Assembly (NCBI GenBank): GCA_965285935.1
Contig: OZ260663.1
Coordinates: 76,074,001-76,138,000, forward strand
DNA: 64,000 bases
Source: Ophelia neglecta
Taxonomy: Eukaryota
Direction of reading: 5' to 3'
Shown: one piece after another, positions 35,238-48,871 of the stretch
How the letters are laid out: each line of letters starts with the position of its first letter
How positions within the stretch are numbered: position 1 is the first letter of the stretch
Position numbers and translations under genes: made by a program
Notes under the pieces: model-generated
What the model was told of the DNA's origin: nothing
Database searches by the model: none
What the model saw: the letters and a program-made list of their open reading frames with translations, nothing else

Positions 35238-36189
35238 CGAAAAAGAATGAGTCTCCTGTCACGTATACAGTGCTGTAGGCGTCCGCAGCCTGTAAAAAGT
35301 CATGTCTATTAAATCAGTTGTCCCTGAGAACATATTTGTCCGGGAAATACCTTCTATAAAAAGTACCTCGTAGCCTTTAAGAAAAATATGGTTTCCAATG
35401 ATCAAAAACAAATTTGGCCTAGAGGAAGTTCTTAAAAAGAGCTATCTCCTCATTAAGCACCAAGTTAGCAAGAACTGCCCTCGATAGAGCCAAGCATATA
35501 AACAAGCAAGATAATTGGTTTGCGTGTCGTTTAGTGTCTTGCGGTCATGATTTTAATTACTTCGGTCTAAAAAGGTGTAGCCACCAGCAAGCGGCATAAC
35601 CGTATTTAAATTAATTTGAAATAAATCTGCTTACTACTCATAAGTCTTCATGAGAGTACAACTGTGAGCGCCTGACATCTAGCGATTATCTGGCTGGATT
35701 GCAAGTAGTGTACACAAACGGATCAAGCAAGCGGTATTTTATACTACCAACGATGCGACAGAAATGTACAATGTCACGAGACTTCCATAACAGGTAATAT
35801 ACCAATCCACTTGAAAGAGGAGATACTGAAAGGATTCTTGCAAAAATACCCTTTTCTATTACTAGTCAAAACGTCAATTAGAATGATTTAATAAAATATT
35901 AATCTAATTCCAATTTTTGTGATGGCATGTCATTGACTGACTGATCATGCTTTAGAACTTTCTGGCACATATATAATGATAGGCAAGACCTTGGTCAACT
36001 GCACTGCAAACAAGGATATTTATAACATCAATGTGTTTGAAACACTGAGGTCATAATGCCTATATTAAAGTACAAAACAAAGAAAAAGTTTGTGGAAAAG
36101 ATATTCAAGTGATTTTTACATTGAACGTGCCTTCTGAATCTTTAATAACACCAAATAACATTTGAAATTAGATAATAAGACAAAAGCCA

Positions 36190-39100
36190 AGTTAAAAATG
36201 TACCATATTTTATTAAAGAGCCAAAAGCCAACTACAAATATTATACTTTCAAGGTGAAAATCTATTTAGAATAGACTTTCCAATAATACCAGAAGAAACA
36301 ATGAGGCAAAAAATAATGGAATTTCATTTTCCCTACAACACAATGAATACCTATCAACATGATAACCAGAGTAGAGAAATTAATGCCACACAGTTGTTTA
36401 TTATTAACGTGCAGAAAACTGCAGCAAAACAATATATTTCTATTTTATACTGGCAAACTAGGCAATACTCTAGTACTTTTTTCAACATCATATATAAACT
36501 GATATGATGAGAAATAAGAGATTTGAATTTCCATTCAAACAACCACAACAGCCGGGGAAACTTCAACATGCAAGTTATGAAGTCTCGCAGGCAGTCTCGT
36601 AGAATTTGAAATCAAATAAAACCTTGTCAGCACAAATCTCATCGTGAAACCTGATCTTACATTCCTTGCCATGATTGCCGACATAGAGAACGAACTATCA
36701 AAAACAATGTTTTAATGAAAGAGAAGGGTTTGTAAGTTAAGAAAGCAGGGGCGAGTTCATGTAAGTTCAAAAATTGGGCAAACTACAGCGTTGTTTAACC
36801 AATAAGGGGATATTGCTTTGCAATAGTTATTAAAATAGAATAAATGAAGACTTCTGGAATATTCCAGAGCGCTTATTGTGTCATTGTAAGCGTTTGTGTC
36901 TTTTGCTAGGATAGTGCGTCGCTGGCTTGTACAAAACTTCCACACATTAATCTGTTTCATCACAATCAGGAGAATAAAGACCCCATGTCAAAACAAACTT
37001 AATATATAAAGCAGCTACTAAGTAAGCTAGTATTAAGTAAGCAAAGCACTGGCAAGCACACGAAGGAGATATGGTGATAAATTGAAAACATACTCATTTT
37101 CAGAAACCAATAATGACAATATAATATAATAAATGTCTATTTGCAAAATACATAGAAGTAAAGCAACGCAATATAGCACAGACTTTGTTCAGGGATAGTT
37201 AACTTTGTATAACAATATCTATCCTTAACAATTTGGGATATACTTACAATTATCATACTTCACAACTACTCATTAGGATAAAAAATCATTCTAAAATTGA
37301 TTAACCCGCCAACGATCATCAGACATATACGACTTGCTTTGACACCGAACCATGATTTTAAGATTTGACTCTAAAAAACGGTCGGACTCCAATGTAAATG
37401 AAGAGAGTGTTCCTAAAAGAGGCATTAAATCATCTAAAATCATAAAATTCAAATATAAACCCTGTTGACTCTTGATTAAAGCTTCCCAAGTAGCTACTAA
37501 ACATCACTGCTTGTTATATTTATCTACAGAACATTCCCCTTGTACATATATATATAGAAGTATATGTATAAGCTTTAGAAGTACACCATATAGTCAACTC
37601 TTCTAGCCAATATTAACAACGTAATCTATCAATTTTTCCTACATGTACCACACAATATTTATATGGCATGTGATAGTCACCGCGTACTGAAATAATCATG
37701 CAAACAATGAGGTATATGAAGTTCCGGTAAAATTTTATATCACACACTGCATGTTTTGTAGTAGACAATCATTTGGTTTTTTTTTTTGGTACAGCCAAGG
37801 GTCGGTCACTTCACTGAACTTGTTTTGTGTATGATACACAGATAATGTGTATGAGCGACCGATCGCCACCTCACATGAACAATATACAAAAACCAAGTCT
37901 CAGAAAAGCCCTTAAGGGTGTATTAACAAATACTTTTTCAACTCCAAGCACTATAAGTTCAACAAACATTAACTAATTACAAGATAAAAAACAATAGGTT
38001 AGTCAGTATTAAGTCAAATTCTAATATATAACGGTTCATGCCTCATGATACATTCAAACTGAGTTATTAAAACCTTCTTATACTGTTAGCTCAGTAAAGT
38101 CTTGCCTACAAACATAATATATAACACACATGTACATATAGCACTGCTCACTCACAACCATCAGTTAATTCAATATGGCAACAAGACCAGAAATGCTCAA
38201 CGCACAATCCCAAAGACAGAACTGTGCATCAAACACTTCCTATTTAGCTCAAGGTATTATCAATTCAAACGACAAACTATAAACAGTGCACTGTGCCATG
38301 ATTCTTATTCTACATTTATAAATGCTGCTAGGCAACACGGGTAAAGCTATCCCCTACTAAATTATACAAATAATTGATATCTCAGTAGATAATAAAATTC
38401 TACTCATATTCATTATAATTACAAGTTTATACGGATTTACAGTGACATAGTCTATGATACAAAATACAAACAGTGTGATGCAGAGCACTGATTTGCTGTC
38501 GGATTTAAACATCCTGATGAAATCACTTTGAGAGAACCAGCCTTAAAGGTTAACTCACAGCAATCTAACAAACTGTAGGCATCGCACAGCTGTTTAACTT
38601 ACAAAAACCACATATTCTTGGGACTTAGAGTCAGTCAGTCATACAATTATATATATACTATCATTTAGTCCAACTATATGACAGCATAAATCAATCAGTC
38701 AATGTTTGAAATCACTCAGTCATGATTAACTCAAGACCGCTGTAAGGTCTATGTCCATCACAGACAAAATCATTCAGTCAGCTGACCAACCACATGATCG
38801 TCATGTGACCATTTGAAATGGCAGTCATGTGAACACCACCCAAGTCCCTCCGACACATCTGAGGTTTTTGCAGACCCTGCTTCATTTTGAAAAGCAATAT
38901 ACAGTGATTTTAAACATGACGATAACACCACAATGTACATAAATGTCTTTTTACCCTTAGGATTATCAGTTGTATACAAACATTTAGTCTTCTTGATTAC
39001 CTCAATGACTGTATATGCATTGGCATTAACAGTGAATATTGAACTGTCTTTAGATTTACATAAATTCCAGCTACCTTGAAATGGTATGAAACCTCAATGG

Positions 39101-39797
39101 GAGAGGTGTGTGAATCAATATAGGGCTATCAAACTATATATTACATTTTACAGGTACACAAAAACAAAGTTTTGTAACATTTATGTATATTTATGCTGTT
39201 TTGGACTCCTGGTAAGTCCAGTACAGTCACATACATTGAAAAGCACATATCACAATGAGGACAGTATTAGCAGCCTGTTGGTAGTCAGCATTTAGAACCA
39301 GGACTGTGTCTGATACTAGCAGACGACATTTACAAGACTACATACTGTATACAATGACGGATTTCAACATCAACAGTAAGCACACCAAGTGACTAAACAG
39401 CCCTTAATATACATTTCCTATGAAGTGGTTAAATGGTTAGCAAGACAATATATATAAAGCATATACAGGTAGAACTTCATTGAGGTCAGTTAAAGATCAT
39501 CTTTTACCCATATTTAGATATAATGGTATAGATATGGACAAAAGTGAAAGATTACACAAGTCAGCATGCATTCAACAGTGTACATGTAAATATATATAAT
39601 ATAGTATCAATATCAGGTTTAAGAGATTTCACCCCAACTTTGTATTACCCACACAATATTGTAAGTCAGTTACGTGCACAATGCACCTCGGCACCTAGAT
39701 TCAATACCCGACCAGAGCAAAGTCTTAGCACACACAACAAATAGATGTCTTTATGTAAGTTATGAGAGTAGAATGTTTTGAGCCGGGTCTGATCAGA
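36190..39797 (-). other. zfh2: Putative ~3.6-kb 3' UTR of the ZFHX gene
   Basis: Follows the stop at 39798; U-rich on the minus strand, with no recognisable repeats. Minus-strand AATAAA at 36208-36213 and ~36397. The 3' end is inferred. Confidence 0.5.
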
Positions 39798-40285
39798 TCA
39801 CTTGGCGGTTGAGGAGTTTGGGCTGGTGGAGGCGGTCTTGGCCTGGGTCTGGGCCGCCTTCTGCCTGTGGCTGGGCCTCTCACAGTGGGCTTTACACTCG
39901 GCCAGTGTCGCCATGCTGGCTGAGCAGGGCCGACATGCGTACTGGGTCTGCTCCAGCTTCAGTACGTTAGACTTGGACTGCTCCTTACCCTGGTAACAGA
40001 ACATGGCCTGGTGGTTGACACACGCCTCCTTGCCCGGGTACACCATGTGACACTTCTTACAGATGTAGCCCACGTCGACGCTGGTTTCTCGTAGGAAGCG
40101 TAGGTCGGGCCGGGAGAGCACGTTGGGGAGGTTGGAGGGGGGCAGACAGTCCTGGGAGTAACGGGTCAGTGTGCAGCCCTCCTCGGACACCCTCCCCTGG
40201 ATCTCCTCAATGGCCTGAGGAGGGATCTGCAGCAGTGTTAGCGGGGTGCCAAACGTGGCGGGGTCGTACATGAACATCTCAGGAC
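39798..40285 (-). CDS. zfh2: ZFHX last coding exon (two C-terminal zinc fingers)
   Basis: Acceptor ctttccttgccag; phase 1. Encodes GPEMFMYDP...YICKKCHMVYPGKEACVNHQAMFC...YACRPC...AHCERPSH, then a TGA stop. Confidence 0.92.
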
Positions 40286-40644
40286 CTGGCAAGGAAAGGT
40301 GTAAACCATGTAAACAACAGACTGACAACAACAAAATACTAACAAGCTAGGTTTTCATATGATTTAATAGCTATCGGTTGATTTGAATGAGCCTAGAATT
40401 TAACTTAACATTATTAGATAAGTCATCATACATGTACATGCGTCTGGCAAATCAGAAAAAAACTAATTAATTATAGGTCATGTATTTTAATTATTTGTAA
40501 GCAAGCCTTGTTAACTAATTGGTCATTATTCTAAACATTGTCAAGAGGAAAACCGGTGATTATTCTCCGACTGTTGTGTTAGTTAGAGGGTAGGTGAGCA
40601 GAGCAGTGAGGTGTTATGGTGAGTATACTGTACACAGTGGTTAC

Positions 40645-40854
40645 CTGGCATCATGGCCGGAGGCATCATGGGCATACCAGAGAGGCCCGGGAGGAAGCCC
40701 GGCGCGCCTAGGCCTGGGTAGAGGAAGGGCAACATGCCCGCCTGGGCCGCCAGCCCCATGTCCATCTGGCCGGGCATGGGCAGCCCACCAAAGGGGCTCA
40801 TCATTTGGGAAGCCTGGGACATGACCATACTGGGAGGTACAGAGTCCTTGTCCC
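40645..40854 (-). CDS. zfh2: ZFHX coding exon, 210 nt (Met/Pro/Gly-rich)
   Basis: ctacacctacag|gg GAC AAG... ATG CCA G|gtaacc; phase 1-1, in frame with both neighbours. Confidence 0.9.
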
Positions 40855-41289
40855 CTGTAGGTGTAGATGAGAGGACAGTGTCAAACTACCATACAACCTG
40901 AGGATGGCCATGTACATCAGGAGATAGAGGTCAACTCAACTGTCAATACAGCCCTGGCAGACTGCACCGACAGCGTCACTGACTTCTACTCCACTACACC
41001 AGCCAACAGACCAACAAGGACAACCAGTAAGCAGTGATTTGTAACAACATTAATTTGATTAGATGATGACAGAGAAAACTTGAGAGAGAGCAGACATCTT
41101 AAACCTGTATGTAAGGTTAGGTCACACTTATTTACCAGTGATCTTATCTAGCAGAAAAATTCTGGTGTTACTTAAATAAGACAAGTGTTAATCAAACCGG
41201 GTGGGAGTGAGAGGTGAATGAGGTTGTGTGACACCATGATCAGAGATTACAAGGAGCACCAGACCGGTATGTACAGTAGTGTTACTCAC

Positions 41290-41406
41290 TTGACCCCTGA
41301 CTGCTAGCTTTCCTCTCTGCTGGTTCCTCCTTCACTTTGTGGGTGCTGCTTTCTCCTTCATGCTTCTCTCCCCGGGTACTGGATATTTTGGCTGAAGGAT
41401 TCAAAG
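41290..41406 (-). CDS. zfh2: ZFHX coding exon, 117 nt (not in the ORF track)
   Basis: ttcttatttgcag|(A)LNPSAKISSTRGEKHEGESSTHKVKEEPAERKASSQGS(R)|gtgagt; open frame, phase 1-1. Confidence 0.85.
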
Positions 41407-42634
41407 CTGCAAATAAGAATAAAAAAGACTTCAGTCACATTGGGAAAACAAATTGATGTTTCAACTGCAAAAGTGAAGTCCTTCATTCTGCAAAATAATC
41501 TTCATTATTATTATTCAAACATTTTGTTTCCTCTTAGAAATACATACAGAAGGGACATAAAATATAATATAGACATCTGACGCCATTGTGGAATTCTCTT
41601 AGTGTCATGCTATTAGTTAGAAAACTTTAAATTATCGAAATTGGCAGAAAAGGACATACAAGTTAAAAAAACACGGTTTGAGATTGGAATTCTTGTGGTG
41701 AAACCCTTTCGATATATAGTGCATGGTGATGGATCCATTTCAAATTAAATTAAAGTTAATTATGAAGCAGGTGTCTTCTTACAGTTTGAAATAACAAGGG
41801 CGATAGAGGGTTGCTCAAACATATTCAAAATAAATGGCCGTTAGTGCTGGTGGAGCCAGCAGCAGAGGACATGGCCCAATACATACCCCCCAATTTTTCT
41901 TCAAAAATAGTGTGGGGGGCAAAAATTAAATTGAATTGACAAGTTCTATAAAATCAGAGAAGCAAACATAGATACACTTTCATTAATTCAATCAAATTAC
42001 TCAAATCTAATTTCAAAGTTCACAAGGATTGGGTCAAATCTGATGGAAGCCTTTTCTAATGATTAAATTTCAGAAAGATAATGGTTTAAAATATCAATTC
42101 CTGTTTATGGGCTGGCTGACATTTGATCTGGAAACATAACCAATGCTCAAAATATAATCATGGAAAGTTTGATGATTAGGTTGCGACAATGTACTGCAAT
42201 ACAATACTCATTTGACAGACTTATTATTGTGGAGGAATTAGTTATTAGACAAATCGGGAAATATTACACTTTCGTTTAAAGAAAACAAAGTCACTCCTCA
42301 TTAGATTAACTTGAAGTCTCAGTGTCCTTCTATGTCATATTCCATTAGCGGATAACAAACTGGGAATAACTAAAAAAAATTAATTGAAAATGTTACTAAT
42401 TAAGTGCTTGCATGTTTATCAATCTATTAAGTGTCATATTAAATTAATCTACATTAATGATTAATGATTTTATAACCTTAGCGATGTGCTGTATCTACAC
42501 ATGCTGAAGGAGGCTAAGTGTGGCTTTTAGTATTATGCGAAAGTTCTGCTTTTAAATTTGTGTTTATGTAACTTTTATTTGGTATCAATTAAGATTTTAT
42601 GGAAGTTATCGTTATTTGGAAACGTTTGTCCTTG

Positions 42635-42820
42635 TATACTGTCAGTTGACATAACATATATATACTGTCAGTTGACATAACATACATATACTGTCAGTTG
42701 ACATAACATATATATACTGTCAGTTGACATAACATATATACTGTCAGTTGACATAACATATATATACTGTCAGTTGACATAACATATATACTGTCAGTTG
42801 ACATAACATATATATACTGT
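42635..42820. repeat. Intronic minisatellite, 7 copies of a 24/26-bp unit
   Basis: ctgtcagttgacataaca(ta)n starts at 42639, 42665, 42691, 42717, 42741, 42767 and 42791. Confidence 0.97.
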
Positions 42821-43354
42821 ATACCCACCCCCCACCCCAAAAAAAACATAGTTTTTATTCATACTGAGCCTTTATCATGACCTAAATTAGTTTGACCAGC
42901 TAAAACCTAAATATATATATATATATATATATAAATACCCTCCAAACCATTGCCCACTGCCCCAAACCAGAACAAAGTATCTGTTTTAAAGTACCCTACA
43001 ATACATTACTTATTTTTACAGAATGGCAGACAATATTTACTCATTCATTAGTCATATGATTGAGTTTTTTTCTATCATCTATGAGATAAATATTGTCAGT
43101 ATTCCCTAACGACTGGTTTCATACTATCTGGTACCAGTCCATGTTTTATGAATCGGGACAACATTCAGTATGACCACACACAGTTTAATCTAACTCTAAT
43201 ATCAGGGCACACAAACAGGTCATTGGCTAACTTTATAAACATTTGACAAAAATCTTATTAACATTAAAGATATTTATAAAATGAAGGCATCTGCCAAGAA
43301 AATGTCAAGGCTTACTAAAATGCAAGTAGTTTTAGTAGATAGAATATAACTTAC

Positions 43355-46300
43355 CAGCCATGGGTCCGGGCATGGCCATGGCCTGTAGTCCCATTGCATG
43401 GAGCTGTGCCAGGTGAGGGTGGGCCACCAGGGCCGAGTCTCCACCAGGGGCCACCAGAGTCTTGCTGCTAGGCGGTTCATGGCCACCTCTCATGGCCGCC
43501 GCCGGCTCCATCGCGTCTTGCTCTGTGTCCTTCTCACTCTGAATGAAGCGTTTCACGTTGTCTATATGCTTTCCGGTAAATATGTGATCCTGCACAGTAT
43601 ACTTGTGGGAATACTTAAAATTGCATAGCTTGCACTCTTCTGGCGGCCTTGAAAAATCTACATCCGTACTGTAGTTGCTGCCATAGGAGAGCTTGGCCTT
43701 TTTCTCCTTGGCGCGAGCATTCTGGAACCAAACTTGGACAACTCTCTTTGGGAGACCTATCGATCTACCTAGCATCTCACACTCTGCCATTGTCGGGGTC
43801 TTGTAGTCGGTAAATAGGGACTTCATTACCTTTATCTGCAAACTCGTCATTTGAGTACGAAACCTCTTTGGTGGAGTTGGACCCTGGCCGGGTGAGAGAC
43901 CCTGCTTGGAGTGAGCTGAAGTGTTACTGGGGGAGGAGGGATTGCTTTCAGCCACACTGGTCTCATCGTTGTTTTCAGTGGACTCGGAGTGTGTCTCAGA
44001 GCGAGAATCGTCAATACTGAAGCGACGTGAAGAGAAAAGATCCTCACTGCGATCGCTCAGGTCGGTGGTGATGCTCTCTCCCAACTTGCTCATTGCGTCT
44101 GTGTTTACTTTGATGGGTTTGCTCAAATCAAGGGGTCCATCGTCTGGCTGCTCTTGTTTAATAGGAGTGGATGTCACAACACCACCAGAAGAGGTTCTAG
44201 AACTCTCAGGGCGAGAGGATTTAGGCTGATTGTTGGCATGACTTAATTCATCCAGATATTTCTTGAGTGAATCTTCATACATCCTGTTCATGTTTGATTG
44301 GAGACTGGTGGTGGGGCTTTGCATCTCCGGGGGTATCATAGACATGAAAGGGTTGGGTACATTGTATGGGTTGTTCAGTAGTTTGGCCATGTCTAGTCCT
44401 GGGTTAGATGGACTGGAGCCCTGACCACTGCTGGACTGGCCACCATCAATGGCCTCATCCGGTATGGAGTCCACATTTACCTCTCCCTTGGCCATTTCTT
44501 CTGGATGCTTAGTAGCCAGATGTGACTCGAGTGCAGACTTTGCTCTAAAGAGGGCCCTACAAAAGGGACACCTCTTATGGATCAACTGCTGATGTGCACG
44601 GAACTGCCCCTTACGCTCTCGGGCCCTTGTGTTTTGGAACCAGACCTGCACCACTCGCTTCTTCAGCCCTATCTCTGCTGCGATAGTCTCTAGCTGCTTA
44701 CGACTGGGGTTACAGTCTATCTGGTACTTCTGGTACAGGTAATCCAGCTGCTCCGGGAGGATAGTAGTACGCATCCTCTTGTCACGCGGCTGATCTTCAC
44801 GATCATCTTCGTCTTCATATCGCCGTTTTGCCCTGTCCTCGTGGCAGTGTGAATGCTGATGCTGCAGAAGCTGCCCACTGCTGGCTGCGGCGGCGGCTGC
44901 TGCCGTGCCCTGCTGATGAGCAATGTTCTGCAGCATCCCAAATGCACCACCGGTCGAGAAGGCAGGGAACAGAGTGGGATTCATGTTGTGAACATTTTGG
45001 TGTTCTTTCCACAAATCAAGTGCAGGGAATACTAGGCTGCATTTCTCACATGGATATTCCATCTTACTGCTATTAGTGGAGCTGCTTGGCTTAGGAGATG
45101 TCCGTGAGTCTTTGCTCTGCTGAGGGGATGTCTTCATGGAGGCCTCACTTGAATTGCTATTTTCCTCACTAACTGAGTGCATGGAGTTGCTTAAATTGCT
45201 CAGGTTCACACTCTTCTCCTCATCCTTGTAACAGTGGGTTCTTTGATGTTTGATCAGCTCGTAGTATCTTTGAAATACAGTGAAGCACTTCTTGCACTGG
45301 TAGTTGAGGCCTGGTGTTCTGGTGAAACGGCTTCCATCCTCAGACATGTCTAAAGGTGGCTGATTTTCGTAGTTCTTCCTGGCTTTCTGTCTGGCATTTT
45401 GGAACCAAACCACGATGACTCTAGGACTTAGGTTAAGCATCTTTGACAGCTTCTCCAAGTCATCGTCCTTCGGGTAGGCATTCTGTTCAAAGTATTCCTG
45501 GAGCACCTTGATTTGGTAGTCAGTGAAGCGGGTCCGGTTGGCCCTCTTTCCAGGAACATGACCGGAGCTGGGTGGTGTTGTGCTGGGGTTGCTGTACAAG
45601 GACGACGACGGCGTAGGAGGCAGGTCCACGTGAGAGCTGACCATGGTGAGGGAGGAAGGCACCATACCTGAGAGGGCGGCGGTCAGCTCGTTGTAGGAGA
45701 CCGAGGGCTGGGCGGCCTGGTGGGCTAGGGCCAGGTTGCAGGCCAGACTGGCTGCCAGCGAGGCCGGTGTGGATGGGGCCGGCGTGGAGGGGGTGGAGCT
45801 GACAAAGCTGTCCCCTATGGAGGCCACAGACTCACAGTCCATGTTGTCGTGAGGGTCCTCCCTGTCTAGCCTCTCAGGCCTAGGGATCTCTTGTGTCTCT
45901 GCCCTGGCTGACGTCCCCTGGTAGGGTGGGGGGGTGCTCGTCGGCCTCATCAACTTCTCTCCTGATTTGTCATCACAAGTTCCATCAGTTGATATCTTGC
46001 CAGTCTTCTCGTATTCTTCTAGATTGAGCGTAGTAGATGGGGGTACACTAAAATTGTATGGCGAGTCCTTATTTCGCTGCCTCTCTTTAAACAGAGTGTT
46101 CCGGAACCAATGTTTGATAACTTTTGAAGGAAGCCCAGACTTTTCTGACATCTCCATGATCTGTTCCTCACTAGGTGAGTTATTGATATCAAAATACAAC
46201 CGCAGCACCTTCAATTGCTCATCATTGATTCTAGTACGGGCTCGCTTGTTCTGCTGAGCAGCTGCAGCCATGGCTGCCTGCTGCTGCTGCTGGGCAAGCA

Positions 46301-48871
46301 TAAAGGTCGGATCCATCATAGGCATCCCTGGCATACCCCCTCCACAAAGCTCGAGTGGATGCATCATCATAGGCATCAGCTGAGGAACCATGTTCATTCC
46401 AAGCTGGTTCATGCCTGGAAAACCAGGTAAGTGCATCATGTTGAACATGGGAATCTGCATCATCTGTGCTGCCTGCTGGGCAAGGGCCAGCTCCATGGAC
46501 AGGTCAGCTGACGCAGGCGACTTCTCTTCCATTGCAGTTGAAGTTGGGACAGCCTTGAACTGCTCAGCCTTAGCAGTATCAGAAGATTGAGCCTCTGCCG
46601 GGTTACTACTGACAGAGCCCCCTGCCACTGCAGGGGGTGGATGCTGTTTCTTCTCATACTGCTCCCTGAACTGCTCACTGAACTGCTCCACGTAATTCAA
46701 TGGAATGAATTCTTTATGAATTTCCTCCTGATGCGCTTTCAGCACCCAAATACTAGAGAATTCTTTTTTGCATTTCTTGCACTCGCTTTTATTTATCTCT
46801 GGCATGTACTTCACTTTAATTTCATCATCGACCACAGCAACCTTCTTCACGTCAACCTCTATTTTGATTTCTGTAATTTTTGCCACTTCTTCACTCTTAT
46901 CATCTGCTTCACCATTTGTTTGCTCAGCATCATCTTCTTCTTCATTTTGAGATTCTCTTTTCATTTGTTTCTGGTGATACTCATTGAACTGCATCACACA
47001 CTCAAACCCTATGTTTTCCAGTAAATTTTTCTGGACATGTGGTTTGAATCTTGGCATACCTTTGACAACTCCTGGCTGCACAAAGCAGTGAGCCTGCTGA
47101 TGTTGCAGGAGTGCCTCCTGGGAGTTGAAGAGTGAGTTACACCTAGGACAGGGGTAGAGGGGCTGTGTGAGGGCTGCAGGCCGCTCAGTCTGATTGCCAT
47201 TCCTGGTCTGTTGTCCAGTGGTTGAGGAGGATGGTGTTTTGGGTGTTGAGGGGGCTGGCGGTCCCTGTGAATGGACCGGTCCTGGAGACAGTAGCGGGGT
47301 GAGTGGAGGCATCACTGGAGTCGTCTCCGGTGGAGGCATGCCTAGGCCTGGCAGAGAGGCCACAGCAGCAGAGGGCCATGACAGGGCATTGTCAGGCTGC
47401 TCAATCAGGGGCTGGCTCAGGTCCACTTGACCTGTTCTTGCCAACTCCTGCAGCTTAGAAACTCTGGTCTGGTGCAAAACGGAACGCATGTGGATGTCCA
47501 GGGTAGAACCTTGGCTGTAGGAATTCTTACAGATGTTACACTTGTAGGGTTTCTTGTCTCCCTCAGGGCTGGAGGTGGCTGGGGAGGATCCAGATGTTGA
47601 GGGTGCTGCGCTTCCATCAGCAGCGGGGTACTGATCATTACAATTGGGCGCCTGCGTGCCAGTAGGTGTATGGGTGAGGGTTAGAGCGGGAGACGAGGAC
47701 ATAGGCATGATCTCAATCGGTGAAATCTGTCCTGCTGCAGAGGTGAACTCCTTCTCCTGCAAGGCCTGCTGCTGTTGTTGCTGTTGCTGGTTAAGCTGCT
47801 TCAACTTGTGCAAATGAGAAACTGAGTTGTAATGAACCAATAAGATGTTCTTCTGAGTGAAAGATTCCTTGCAAACATCACATTTGTAAGGTCGGTTTGG
47901 GTCTAAATACTTCTCCATGGGATAGCTCAATTTGTCCCCTTTCCTGTGCATCAATGTCTTATTATGTGCTGACAAGTAGCTCTGCTTGGTAAAAGCTACT
48001 TTACACCTATGGCACTTGTACTTGCGAGTAGGGTCACTATAACTGTTTTCAGCAATAGCCTGGCTGTTAAGGTAATCCTCAAAGAACTGTTGATCTTTGT
48101 ACGTTTCCTCCGGTTGGCTGTCTTTGGTACTAGCACTACCCTGTTCTTCAGATCTGCCACCATCTTGGCTTTGTGAGTCTTCAGATTTGATGTCAGCCAA
48201 GCTTAAATTCAGTTGATCGTTCTGACTGTCTTTGGAGTTAGAGTTGACATCTTCACTGGCATTGCTGTCTGAGTGCCAGAAGAGGCTCTCTTGTTTCAAT
48301 ACCTCTTTGTTAGCCTCTGCTAGCTGGGCAATGGTCAGATTTTCCATGCCAGGTACTCCCAGAGTACCCAAGGAAGCAGTGGATGCAATACTGTTTTGGT
48401 ACTCCTCCAGCTCGCCTGCTGACATACTCTCAAGGTGGGTCGACTCAACGTGTTTTCTCATGGCCGCAATGGAGCGGAAATTCCTGCCACATACGTTACA
48501 CTTGGTTGCTGACCGTATGATGTGATAGTAGGAGTGCAGCTCAAGCTTGTCCAGTGTCTTAAAGGCCAAGCTGCACTGGTTGCACCTATACTTGTAAACA
48601 TGTCGCTCAGACACAGAGACTTGCTGTCGTTTGGCATGTATCTCCCGGAAATGAACCTGCAGTGTGTGTGCAGTCTTGAAATACTGGTTGCAGCCCTTTT
48701 TCCAGCAGAGATAGCCCGGCCCACGAGGGGTCTGTTTCAGCTCCAGGTGGCCGAGCTCGTTCTGATGGGCGTAAAGGGCATCTATGTTCGGGAAGGTCTT
48801 TGCACAGGTCTGACATCGAAACTGCTCCTCTGCGCTATCCCTGTCAGAGAGTACAACACCATCCTTGGAGG
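43355..48871 (-). CDS. zfh2: ZFHX giant exon (5,517 nt): four homeodomains and ~13 C2H2/matrin-type zinc fingers
   Basis: HD1 KRARTRINDEQ..HWFRNTLFKERQRNKDSPYNF (ZFHX3/4 signature), HD2 RANRTRFTDYQ..WFQNARQKARK, HD3 DKRMRTTILPEQL..WFQNTRARERKGQFR, HD4 KRFRTQMTSLQ..WFQNARAKEKK; fingers include RPYKCDVCKESFTQKNILLVHYNSVSHLH. Acceptor tttctctttcag at 48872, donor G|gtaagt at 43354. Confidence 0.98.

Noticed and set aside
36200-39797. Seed matches for miR-9-3p/79 (37477, 38342), miR-137, miR-10 and miR-33 in the ZFHX 3' UTR
   Set aside because: Isolated 7-8-mers in 3.6 kb are at chance level without conservation data.
39660-39800. About 43 open codons after the ZFHX stop (possible readthrough)
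   Set aside because: The TGA-T context is not the leaky TGA-C, and the length is unremarkable.
42635-42820. Repeat unit shares atactgtcag with miR-8/miR-200 nt 3-12; also superficially CRISPR-like
   Set aside because: Seed position 2 mismatches and the array is intronic. There are no unique spacers or cas genes, so it is a plain minisatellite.
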